NCBI GenBank assembly: GCA_043228905.1
Contig: JBHGNT010000008.1
Span: 8,060,001-8,124,000 of the forward strand
Direction: 5' to 3'
Length of the DNA stretch: 64,000 nt
Origin: Azolla caroliniana
Lineage: Eukaryota; Plantae; Polypodiophyta
Of this stretch, positions 1-11,900 are shown in pieces (within the stretch, counting starts at the first letter, position 1; each line of letters opens with the position of its first letter). The notes under the pieces were generated by a model. It saw only the letters and a list, made by a program, of their open reading frames with translations, searched no databases and had not been told where the DNA came from. Both the position numbers and the translations under genes were made by a program.

Positions 1-2583
1 AATGCAATGAACAAAGTTCTACATGAATACATCCCAAAGGTAACTATGCCTTTTTTAGATGATATTCCTATTAAGGGATGCTTAGAAAGAGAGAAAAATG
101 AGACTATGGTTGGAAATGGTTGCAGAAAGTTTGTGATGGATCACATTAATGATTGTGAAAATATTTTAAACAAGCTTGAGCAAGTACATTTGACACTATC
201 AGGAACAAAGTCAAGCTTTGGGCAGAACAAAGTTTTGATAGTTGGTCATATGTGTGGCTAGTATGGGAGGAAGCCATCACCGATCAAAATTAACGCAATA
301 CAAAATATGAAGGAGGTTTGCGAATCGGTAACAGAGGTGAGAAGATTTTTAGGTGCACGTGTGTTTTATCATATTTGGTTACCACACTTTGCACATGTAT
401 CAGATCCTCTCTACCAACTTTTACGAAAAGGGAAGAAGTTTATTTGGATTGATGAACATACACAAGTTGTTCAACAATTGAAAGAAGCATGATTGAAAGC
501 ACCGGTTCTTCGTCAACCAGTAGATCGACAAATCCCAAAGTTACTTCTCGCTCTCCTTCTAGTTTACCTACTACGGTTCCAGAGTGTAAAAGGAAAGACT
601 TTGTTTGAAATGGCTGAAAGATTGGAAAATATCCGAGTACCTGAAAGGGCTAGTTATATATGTGTGATAATGCTTGAACTAAGCCGAATAGCTTCTCACT
701 TGCTATGACTTGGACCCTTCCTTGTGGATATCGGTGCTCAAACTCTATGTTGCATTACAGACCAATTATAGTAACAGTTGATACTAGCCCAATCGGGATC
801 AGTTGGGTTATCAACCAAGAAGATGAAGAACAACATTGATATGCTATTAGATTTGGAGCAAAGATATTAAATGAAAGACAAAGAAACTATGCACAAGTTA
901 AACGAGAATTGTGGGGTATGCTTACTGCATTAAAAACAAATAGAGATCACTTGATCAGAGCAGATGTAGTGGTTGAAATAGATTGTCTACCACTCATCGG
1001 AAAGATAGCAAGTTGCACCACACTAGATATTGCAATGCTTCGGTGGATTGCATACATTAGAACCATGAACCCAGAATTATGGAATATAAAGGGCAAAGAG
1101 AACCCAGTCGCAGATATGTTGCCAAGAGCAAGGTTCATAAATGAAAGGGTGATGCAAGCTGAAGATAAGAATTGGGCAACCACAAGCCATCAAGTTGCTC
1201 ATCAAGTATCTATTAAGCCTCATGATGAGTTTAATGTAAGTATAATGTTCAAGGATATGGAGTATGAAGGTCAATGGTTAGAAATAAGAAATTTTCTAAA
1301 GACTCAAGAAGCCAACCCATCATGGTCGAAGAAACAATTAAATGAATTTCGAAGACAAGCATTCAAGTTTTTTTTACATGAAGGGCATTTATGGAGGCGT
1401 CCAAAAAGGCCAACCAAAAATCCTCTTCGAGTAATTTGTAAGGATGACATTAAGAGAAAATTAATTAATGAATTCCATGATAGTTTGTGGGCAGGACATA
1501 GAGGCATATGGGTGACATATATGAAGTTTAAAGAAAAGTATTGGTGGCCACATATGTATAAAGATGTAACGAAATTTGTGGAAACCTGTGAGGTCTGCCA
1601 GAGGTATTCAACTATCTGGTATCAAGATGAGCTAAAACCAACATATTCATCATCAATGCATTATAAATGGATGGTTGATCTAGTGACAATACTACTTGGG
1701 GAAGGTCAAATGCGATATTTAGTACTAGCAAGAGAAGACCTTACAAACCAAGTAGAAGGAAGACCACTACGACAAAAAACAACTAGAGTTGTATGTAATT
1801 TTTTGTTAGAATATGTAATATGTCGTTATGAGTGTGTTGGTAAAATAATTGCAGATAGAGGAGAACTTGACTCTGATGAAGCTAGAGAATTCTTTAGCCG
1901 AATAGGGGTCAAATTATCACTTACAGTTGCGTATAATCCAGAAGCCAATGGAAAGATTGAAAGAGGACATAGCCCAATAGTTAAGGCGATCATGAAAAGC
2001 TGTAAAGGTAAAATAAGAGATTGGCCACACATGCTACCTTATGCACTATGGGCGGATGGAACAATGCATAGTTCGGTAACAGGATACATGCTAGCTAAAT
2101 TGATACTTGGCCAAAAGCCCATCATGCCGGTAGAAGAATCAATTATGTCATGGATACCTATTCCATGGAGAGAAGAGGTGAGCAGAGAAGAATTACTTGC
2201 TTTGCGAATTCAACAATTAGAGCGTCGACCTGAAGATATAGAATTAGCAGCCCAACGATTGAAGGAGGCTCGATTGAAGAATAAAATTTGACATTTTGAT
2301 AAAACTCATAGAATTCGACCTAAGAAAATAGAAGAAGGAGATTGGGTGCTCGTGTATGATAGCAGTTTAGATAATCAACATAGCATCGTCCGGAAGTTTG
2401 TTGAAAGATGGTTTGGGCCTTACATAGTGAAAAAAGTATATGATAACTTTACCTATAAACTTAGTGAATTGGATGGGACACTAATCCTAAATGTGGTAGC
2501 TGGAAAGAGGATAAAAGTATTTAAGAAAAGGTTTGAGCTTGAACCTCCAATAGATCAACAAGAAGATGAAAGATACTGGCACA
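1..2583 (+). mobile_element. Degenerate Ty3/gypsy pol remnant (RT-RNase H-integrase), related to the tRNA-Trp-primed gypsy copies elsewhere in the window
   Basis: ORF fragments MPFLDDIPIKG (RT), VTVDTSP/YAQVKRELWG (RNase H), HDSLWAGHRG..CEVC (IN zinc finger), WMVDLV..IADRGE..PEANGKIER (IN core), WFGPY (GPY/F). Several stops and frameshifts. Confidence 0.9.
610..746 (+). pseudogene. ndhH: Plastid-derived ndhH fragment (NUPT) inserted into the gypsy RT/RNase H linker
   Basis: Translates [42 protein letters not shown], matching chloroplast NdhH as recalled (..[40 protein letters not shown]); W codon is now TGA. Confidence 0.88.
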
Positions 2584-2975
2584 TGCCGGAGGATGTGCAG
2601 GTCTATAGGGGCACACATGTAGAGAAGCTCTTGCATGTGTGCCATATGGTGCACATGCAAAGAGGCTCTTGCATGTGTGCTATATGGTGCACATGTGGTA
2701 CATTTCATGGTTTAAACCATACAATACTACAACACATATATTTTATATATACCACAAGTATAGGCTAAATGGTAAGGTTTGAATGCCTGTAAGTTTGGGG
2801 TTGTTGGTTCAAGTTCCCTTTTGCCCATGTAATTTGCTATATGGTGTATTACATGGTTTAGACTATAAAATACTACTTCAAATAAAACAACGCATATGAT
2901 CTCTTGTAAATGGTAAGGTTAGAGTGTCATAAGTTTGGGGTTATTGGCTCAAATCCTCTCTTGTCCATGTAATAT

Positions 2976-2978
<3 letters not shown>

Positions 2979-3012
<34 letters not shown>
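2979..3012. repeat. (AT)n microsatellite
   Basis: About 17 AT units. Confidence 0.9.
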
Positions 3013-3017
<5 letters not shown>

Positions 3018-3077
3018 TCTACATATAATGTATACTATAACCTACCTCTCTTTCTACCTATTCATTACTAGCCTTAT

Positions 3078-3102
3078 GGGTGAAAGCATGCGAGTGGAAA
3101 CA
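3078..3102 (+). repeat. Left terminal inverted repeat GGGTGAAAGCATGCGAGTGGAAACA
   Basis: Reverse complement of 15485-15509 at 24/25 positions; preceded by TTAT. Confidence 0.93.
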
Positions 3103-3430
3103 ATTAGCTATGTCCTTGACATAGCTAATTAGCTATGCAAAAAGCTACCATTGATAAATAGTCATTTTAGTAAAAAGCCATCATTAATAAATTAAGTATG
3201 CAAAAAACTACCATTGAAAATACTAGAGTGTTTTAATTACATATGTAAATGAGTGCCATAAATGTGCAACATAAATTGATGTGTGCACCATAAATGTGTA
3301 CCATAAATTATATATCGAATTCCTAGGTCCATTATGCATGATCCTTTGCCACATCACGTAGGCCATCTCTAGTTGAGTACTGTGGGTTAGTTGCTACCAC
3401 TGTTGCTAAACCCTATCGAGTCCACCTGCC

Positions 3431-4290
3431 GCCACTCTACACTGAGGGGCTGCTACTGTGCGTTCCAAGCATCATCAAAGAGCTGCTCAATCTGACGGGG
3501 TTCTCTTCTCTGTGACACTCTACACTCAGGGGCCACTACTGTGCATTCCAAGCATCATCAAAGAGCTGTTCAATCTGACGGGGTTCTCTTCTCTTTGCCA
3601 CTCTACACTCAGGGGCCATTACTGTGCGTTCCAAGCATCATCAAAGAGCTGTTCAATCTGAGGGGGTTCTCTTCTCTGTGCCACTCTACACTCAGGGGCC
3701 ATTACTGTGCGTTCCAAGCATCATCAAAGAGCTGTTCAATCTGAGGGGGTTCTCTTCTCTGTGCCACTCTACACTCAGGGGCCGCTGTTGTGCGTTCCAA
3801 GCATCATCAAAGAGCTGTTCAATCTGACGGGGTTCTCTTCTCTTTGCCACTCTACACTCAGGGGTTGCTACTGTGTGTTCCAAGCATAATCAAAGAACTA
3901 TTCAATCTGACGGGGTTCTCTTCTCTTTTCCACTCTCACTCAGGGGCCGCTACTGTGCGTTTCAAGCATCATTGGTAACTGTTCAATCTGACGGGGTTCT
4001 CTTCTCTTTTCCACTCTCACTCAGGGGCCGCTACTGTGCGTTTCAAGAATCATTGGTAACTGTTCAATCTGACGGGGTTCTCTTCTCTATGCCACTCTAT
4101 TCTCAAGTGCCTTCTATGTGCGTTTCAAGCATCATCGGTAACTGTTCAATCTGACGGGGTTCTCTCCTCCATTGCCATCATTCTATACTCAGTTGCCACT
4201 ACTGTCCAGTCCCGGATTGCTTCCACATTTCGATTTGACGGAGTTCACTCATCCAACGGCAACATTCTACACTCAGTTGTTGCCATTGGT
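3431..4290 (+). repeat. About 10 copies of an 81-83 bp tandem repeat upstream of the transposase
   Basis: Unit GCCACTCTACACTCAGGGGCC..CAAGCATCATCAAAGAGCTGTTCAATCTGA.GGGGTTCTCTTCTCT; ORF-track starts are spaced 83 bp apart; copies degrade toward the 3' end. Confidence 0.92.
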
Positions 4291-4500
4291 CGGTCTTGGA
4301 TCGCCTCCTCAACTGTTGGATCCAACAGAGTGAAATCCTTTACTGTTCGGTCTTGGATTGCAATAACTTTTCTGTCTATTGATTATCTTGTGTATTGTTG
4401 TGTCTAATCTTGTGTATTGTGTGGAATATTTTTGTGTATTGTTGTTGCCCATAGCCATCTTTAATACTTGTTTTTTTTTCTGGAAATTTAGGGTTTTAAC

Positions 4501-7500
4501 ATGTCTAGCCAAATGGAAGGGGAAGAAGGGTGTTTAGAATTACCCCTCAATGATCATAAGGATAGGGATGATGTTATCAGGACACAACAAGCCATACGAA
4601 ACTATTGGGCAGAAAAAAAAAGGAAACATCGTCAATTGTTGAAGGATACGAAAGCCACACTCAGTAAAGGTAAGGATAGTTTAGATGAGAATGTAAGTAA
4701 TGCGACTACCATCATAGAGAGAAAGGTTGTAGACTATTTCAATGTTCAAACCAAGCACATCAGCAATGAAGAAAAGAAGGTAGTACTTTATGGAATATGT
4801 AATGATCCATCGATAAAGGACTTAGTTGATTGTGATGGTCTTAGTGCAAACATATAATCTATTTTAGTAAATAATCTTCGTAATAGTTTCGTATCCATGA
4901 GCAGGTCAGAAGATGATCTTGTCTTAAAAAGGTCTAGTCTAATGATGTTACTTAATAGTGATGTTGACGATATAAACATCAGTGAGCTATCTAAGGTAAT
5001 TGGTGTTAGTAGAAAAACAGTGTACAATACAATGAACCGTATAATTTCCTCGGGTGAAGGAACTAGTCTACTAAAGCTAACTACAAGATGTAAGCCAATG
5101 ACACCCATAACATTTGAAATCAAGGATGTAATCACAATGTTTTGGACTAATGAGAGTAGGGTTTCACCCAATAAAAAGGATTTATGCAGGAAACGTGTTG
5201 GAAGAAATCAATACGAGGAGCATCCCATTCATCTTCTTGATGTACCTCAGGTATTTACATTTATCTCAACATGGTAATTAGCTGTACTGCTAGCTAGTTA
5301 GCTATCATGGTAGCTAGTTAGCTATTTCGTTATTACCAGCTAATTAGCTACTAGGAAAGCTAATTAGCTACCATGATAGCTAATTAGCTACTATGATAGC
5401 TACTACATAGGTAACTGGCTACTCTCAATAGCTACTACCATGATAGCTAATTAGTTAGGATAGCTAATTAGCCACCATTATAGCTAATTAGCTACTAGAC
5501 CAGCTAATTAGCTACCATGATAGCTAATTAGTTACTAGGACAGCTAATTAGCCACCGTGATAGCTAATTAGCTACCATGATAGCTAATTAGCTACTATAC
5601 CAGCTAATTAGCTACCATGATAGCTAATTAGCTACTATACCAGCTAATTAGCTACCATGATAGCTAATTAGTTACTAGGAAATCTAATCAGCCACCATTA
5701 TAGCTAATTAGCTACTAGACCAGCTAATTAGCTACCACGATAGCTAATTAGCTACTAGACCAGCTAATTAGCTACCATGATAGCTAATTAGTTACTATGA
5801 AAGCTAATTAGCCACCATGATAGCTAATTAGCTAGTAGACAAGCTAATTAGCCACCATGATAGCTAATTAGCTACTAGGACAACTAATTAGCTACTAGGA
5901 CAGCTAATTAGCTACCATGATAGCTAATTAGCTACTACGACAGCTAATTAGCTACCATGATAGCTAATTAGCTACTAGAATAGCTAATTAGCTACTAGAA
6001 TAGCTAATTAGCTACCATGATAGCTAATTAGCTACTACGACAGCTAATTAGCTACCATGATAGCTAATTAGCTACTAGAATAGCTAATTAGCTACTAGAA
6101 TAGCTAATTAGCTACCATGATAGCTAATTAGCTACTAGGACAACCAATTAGCTACTAGGACAGCTAATTAGCTACCATGATAGCTAATTAGCTACTACGA
6201 CAGCTAATTAGCTACCATGATAGCTAATTGGCTACTAGAATAGCTAATTAGCTACCATGATAGCTAATTAGCTACTACGACAGCTAATTAACTACCATGA
6301 TAGCTAATTAGCTACTAGGACAACTAATTAGCTACCATGATAGCTAATTAGCTACTAGAATAGCTAACTAGCTACTAGAATAGCTAACTAGCTACTAGAA
6401 TAGCTAATTAGCTACTAGGATAGTTAGCTAGTTACGAGAATAACTAATTCCCCTTTATTACGCAGGTCGATTTATTTATTAGGTTCAAACGAATGCATCC
6501 AACTATCAAAGTTCAACTACGAACATTCGAGTCTCTTAAGCCACACTTTGTGAGACGCTTAAAGGATCGATACACATGTTGTTGCATTTACCATGTACAG
6601 ATGGGTTTTCTGAAGGACTCTGTTAATCTACTACGTCACCATAGCGCATCCCTAACTAATACAGTTTGCACATGTGGGTGCCAAATCTGTCGATCAAGCC
6701 CGCAAGAGGAGTGTAAATCATCTGAGCACGTTATCTCTTCCATGAGTTATTTATTAGATTCAATATTGTGTCCGAGAGAATCTGACGCTATCTTCCATAT
6801 TCATAAATGTGTCATGGGTTTATGTCAAGATTGTGGCCCTACTAGATTTAGGTGGTGTCCAAATGAATTGAGTAGTGAAATATTGATCTCTGTGAAGTTA
6901 TTTGAGTCAGTGAACACCAATTTCGAAGGAAAGGTGTGTAAAAGAAAGGATCTAGTTCGGAAGATGCTTAAACCAAGGGATTTGGTGTCTCTGTTTGTAG
7001 TATCTCTAGGAAAGTTCATTAAACACAACTTCATTTATTCATGGCAGGCCCATCAGTTTAAGACTTGCATATCTGATTTCCCAAATGATGTAGTAGTCTC
7101 AGTAGTAGATTTCGCAGAGAATTATACTTTCAAGTAGCAGAATGAAATTCAATCTATGCATTGGTGTTCAGTTCAGGTAACCATTTTTGTGCACATAACA
7201 TATTTTCGAGTTTCAGGTGATGTTAAAAAAGTAATTCATTTCTTTATTTCCGATGATAAGAAGCATGATACCTTGTTCGTCCAACACTGTTTTAAGTTAC
7301 ATTGGCAGTGGTTATTAGCTCAACGTTTGGAGCTTACTCAACATTGGGTCTGGTCTGACGGAGCTGCGTCACAATTCAAGGCTCGACGTCCATTTTATTT
7401 TGTGGGGAGGTATCCTGCTATAACAGGTTTGGAGATGAGATGGATTTTTTTTGGGTCTGGCCATGGTAAAGGTGAACATGATGGTGCAGGGGCTGTTATA

Positions 7501-8307
7501 AAGCGGGCACTTACCCATGAACAACTAAAGACAGATGGTGTGCACATGAATTGTGCATCACATGTAGTTGAATTTTTAAGAACAAATATGTCGACGAGTG
7601 CCACAGGTGTTTATTCCTCGCAAGTTCGAGATATCAAACGTGAATTTTGGGAAGTGAAGATAGATGAAGTAAATAGGGAGAAGACCTGGGAGTGCCAAGG
7701 AATTCCCGAATTGCGATCTCTGCATGCTGTTCGCGGTTATTCCAGGTTGGATGGTCATTGTATTGCGGTTAGAGAATTGACTTGTTTTTGCTTCCATTGT
7801 GTGCAGGGAAATTGGAGATATTGTCTAAACAAAGCATACATTCAGAATTGGGAGTATCACACTCTGAATGATAAGGAAGCAGTTGATGGAGAAACAGGGC
7901 AGAATGCTGCCTTCACATATGAGGGACTTGGAGATACTTTGAGTGATGTCCTGAACGTTGGGGATAACTTCGCTGTAAATGCTGAAGAAGGCAATTCAGA
8001 GGGTGCTGATTTCTATATATTAAAGTGCACGGTTAGTAAACAGTGTGCAAGGCAGAATATTGTAGATGCATGGGGAAATTTTGTATCTGCCGGGACATTC
8101 TACATCGAAGGCATTTTTTATGCAAAACTAGATGACTACGAATATGTGTACAGGCTGTTAGAAGACAAACCAGCGGCGTATATGTACTCTCATTTGGTCA
8201 GATGCATCAACGTCCCAATGTCAGAATACAATAGCTGCTCCGGTTTATACACTGTTGGTGCTAATGTGTATGAATGTATTTACAATAGTATGCCATGGAA
8301 TTTGTAG
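4501..8307 (+). pseudogene. Sola2-like DDD transposase, 2 exons (4501-5250, 6466-8307), ~863 codons, with in-frame stops TAA 4855-4857 and TAG 7135-7137
   Basis: ORF pieces are in frame across both stops. Intron CAG|GTATTT at 5251 to CGCAG|GTC at 6465 is phase 0 and preserves the frame. Cys-rich region (TCCCIYH..CTCGCQIC..CVMGLCQDC), catalytic region DFAENY/SDG/HGKGEHDG, C-terminal CFCFHC..C. Confidence 0.82.
5272..6450. repeat. Array of the 14-bp palindrome TAGCTAATTAGCTA with ~6-bp spacers (20-bp period), filling the transposase intron
   Basis: Roughly 55 units; spacers alternate CCATGA with CTAGGA/CTACGA/CTAGAA, giving a 40-bp higher-order pattern. Confidence 0.95.
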
Positions 8308-8782
8308 CTACAAGTAGCACTTACCATGTTCTCTTGTAAAACAAACATGTATTTCGCGAAAACAGATCAATAAATTCGTTTGGAATCAATTTCTTGTATA
8401 CAGTCTGCTTTCTGTGCTTCTTTCTCAATAAAATCATGTCTTTTTTGTTAAGTTTTAAGTTATAAGTTATAGCGAAATAGTCATCAGTAGCTAATTAGCT
8501 GTACAAATGCAGCTAATTAGCTGTACAAATGTATTTACAATAGTATGCCATGGAATTTGTAGCTACAAGTAGCACTTACCATGTTCTCTTGTAAAACAAA
8601 CATGTATTTCGCGAAAACAGATCAATAAATTCGTTTGGAATCAATTTCTTGTATACAGTCTGCTTTCTGTGCTTCTTTCTCAATAAAATCATGTCTTTTT
8701 TGTTAAGTTTTAAGTTATAAGTTATAGCGAAATAGTCATCAGTAGCTAATTAGCTGTACAAATGCAGCTAATTAGCTGTACA
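8273..8782 (+). repeat. 255-bp tandem duplication covering the transposase stop and 3' UTR
   Basis: AATGTATTTACAATAGTATGCC begins at 8273 and again at 8528; each copy ends in AGCTAATTAGCT motifs. Confidence 0.9.
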
Positions 8783-8931
8783 AATGCAGCTAATTAGCTG
8801 TCAATAGCTAAATAGTCATCAATAGAATGAAATCAACAATCTGCAACATATTCCTCAAATTACACAGTAGATAAGTACAGTGGGAACAAGTAATTAAATT
8901 CTTCATTGAATAATGTCATCTCTTTACATAT

Positions 8932-11900
8932 TTATAAATTACCATTGGCAATGTCTACAAATCTCCTATAAACAGCTAAGCTCTTGCTAGTCAGTGGAAC
9001 GAGTCTACATATATTATCCGCATATTGAGCTCGGTATGGAGTCCACAACCATGCACCTAGTTGGCAGCTCACTGTTTGCACCAGGTACTGTTCAGGCATT
9101 TCCTCGGGTAGAATGAGACAGCATCTCCGAATATTGAAGTAGTGTCGGAAATGTTCTGTATCCAAAATCAATGTATTGTCAGCATTATATTCAGGCCAAG
9201 TAGCCCAAAAATCAGAAAGCCTCTTGAATCTTGCAGCTTCCATCTGCTCACAATTTTCTCGTGCCCATTGACCTTTAAAACGACTTCGCCATTTTGGGAA
9301 GAATCTTGCCAAACACTTCCACACATCTGATTTTGGTTTTTCACTCCAAATAAACAAATCGAAGTACTTCGCAGCCCACTCTAGAAACTGATTTGCGTCC
9401 CTCCTTGGCTGCATATATCTCACACTCATCAAGACTTTATCCAGCTCCAAGATCAAGGCTCTTCGCTCGATTTCTAGTGGTTTAGGTTTCCATTCCTGAA
9501 ACTGAGCCGCTGTTACACCATTTTCTGGTAGGATACGATCAATCTCAATCAGCTCAGGTTCGGCTGACACAACTGGTGTCCTTTTCCTCTTTAAACCCCT
9601 AGTCGACTGTGTTGGGCCTAGCTTCACATTCTGGTGCTCTTGTTTTGTCGACTTAGTTATCAATCCTTGGATTACCTCAGTGCATGTAGCTACTGTTCTG
9701 CTCGATATCAATCCACTGGTATCACATGCTGCATCTAACTGCAACACCAAGTCATCCGTGCTACATGCTGCATCTACCTGCAACACCAAGTCATCCGTGC
9801 TACATGCTGCATCTACCTGCAACACCAAGTCATCCGTGCTACATGCTTGATCAACTTGTGTGACCAGATCACTTGTGTCAGTTGCTACATCTACTTTCAA
9901 GATGGGGCCCTTTAAACATGCCGCAACATCAACAGTATCCACACTGCCATTGGCCTTACGAGCAATAGAATCAAACCCTTTAGACTCTGCAACATCAGAA
10001 AACACCAACATATTCACACTCACAAAGTAACTACTAGTCTCACAAAACAATATCCTGAACATCAAAGAGTTTCAGTCATAGAACAACACTCTTCAAATTA
10101 TCTTGGAAAAACATCATAGAGTTCCATTACATAATGTGGATCAAGCAACAACCAATCTGAGGTTTTACTTGTCCAACAGGATAGTAAAACTTCATAAAAC
10201 CCTAGCAAAATCCCTAAGCTAACAATCATATCCAACTAAACAGTATTTCGCTCCACTACGTCTGGGCCCCTTGACCGAGTAACTGGTCTTGTTCCCGATC
10301 GTGGCCCCTTCTTCAGCCTTTTTCTGGTTGGTTCCCCATTTAGCCTTGCTTCTAGGACCCAATGCGCAAGTGTGTCCTCCTCCGACAACCTTCCCATCGC
10401 CTCAACAGCTAATTGCACATCAGCCGTTTCTTGAACTAGCTTTTCAAGTACAGAGGGATCTGTTTGGACATTTTCAGTAGTTGGGCTCGGTGGGGTGGAA
10501 TCAAGGTCTTGAGACTCGAAGAAATGTTGCATCAAGTGTTCATAAACACTGTTGTTGTGAACCTCAGTTTTACATGTTGTTTCCACTATTTCATGGCATT
10601 TCACATCGTTGCCTAATTCAGTACACTGTTCCAAAAGAATAGGGTGCAGCTGATCTGAAGGAGATGTGATAGCAGGACTCTTACTTTCAGCCACATTGGC
10701 AGTAGTATCCTCATCTGTTGCAGCATCATCAGCACCAGACACATCATGTGCCGTCCTTAATCCACAAGATTCTACAATAACATGACAGTTATTTAGGATA
10801 GCTAATTAGCTACTTTACTAAACTATGGTAGAAGCTAGGATAGCTAATTAGCTAGTACGATAGCTAATTAGCTAGTATGATAGCTAATTAGGTACTTTAC
10901 TCAACTATGGTAGTAGTTAGGATAGCTAATTAGGTACTTTACTCAACTATGGTAGTAGTTAGGATAGCTTATTAGCTACTAGGACAGCTAATTAGCTGCC
11001 AGTAGCTAATTAGCTACTAGGATAGCTAATTAGCTGCCAGTAGCTAATTAGCTACTAGGATAGCTAATTCGCTAGGATAGCTAATTCGCTAGTAGGATAG
11101 CTAATTAGTTGCCAGCAGCTAATTAGCTACTAGGATAGCTAATTAGTTGCCAGTAGCTAATTAGCTAGTAGGATAGCTAATTAGGTACTTTACTCAACTA
11201 TGGTAGTAGCTAATTAGCTAGTAGGATAGCTAATTAGCTACTTTACTCAACTATGGTAGTAGCTAATTAGCTAGTAGGATAGCTAATTAGCTACTAGGAT
11301 AGCTAATTAGCTGCTAGTAGCTTATTAGCTACTAGGATAGCTTATTAGCTACTTTACACAACTATGGCAGTAGCTAATTAGTTACTAGGATAGCTAATTA
11401 GTTGCCAGTGGCTAATTAGCTACTAGGATAGCTAATTAGCTACTAGGATAGCTAATTAGTTGCCAGTAGCTAATTAGCTAGTAGGATAGCGAATTAGGTA
11501 CTTTACTCAACTATGGTAGTAGCTAATTAGCTAGTAGGATAGCTAATTAGCTACTTTACACAACTATAGTACTAGCTAATTAGCTAGTACCATAGCTAAT
11601 TACCTACTAGGATAGCTAATTAGCTAGTAGGATAGCTTATTAGCTACTTTACACAACTATAGTAGTAGCTAGGATAGCTAATTAGCTACTATGGTAGCTA
11701 ATTAGCTACTTTACTCAACTATGGTAGTAGCTAGGATAGCTAATTAGCTACTTTACTAACTATGGTAGTAGCTAGGATAGCTAATTAGCTACTTTATTAA
11801 CTATGGTGGTAGCTAGGATAGCTAATTAGCTACAATGAAAGCGAATTAGCTACTTTCTCAACTATGTAGTAGCTAGGATAGCTTATTAGCTACTAGGACA

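Noticed and set aside
493-746. Functional ndhH or a pol-NdhH fusion gene
   Set aside because: Short internal fragment with a nonsense codon, inside a decayed pol.
3458-4154. Series of near-identical 60-93 aa ORFs
   Set aside because: Artefact of the 83-bp tandem repeat cycling through reading frames.
4855-7137. Stop-codon readthrough or U-to-C editing rescuing the transposase stops
   Set aside because: U-to-C editing is an organellar process, and single point mutations in a silenced nuclear copy explain both stops. No supporting evidence in the sequence.
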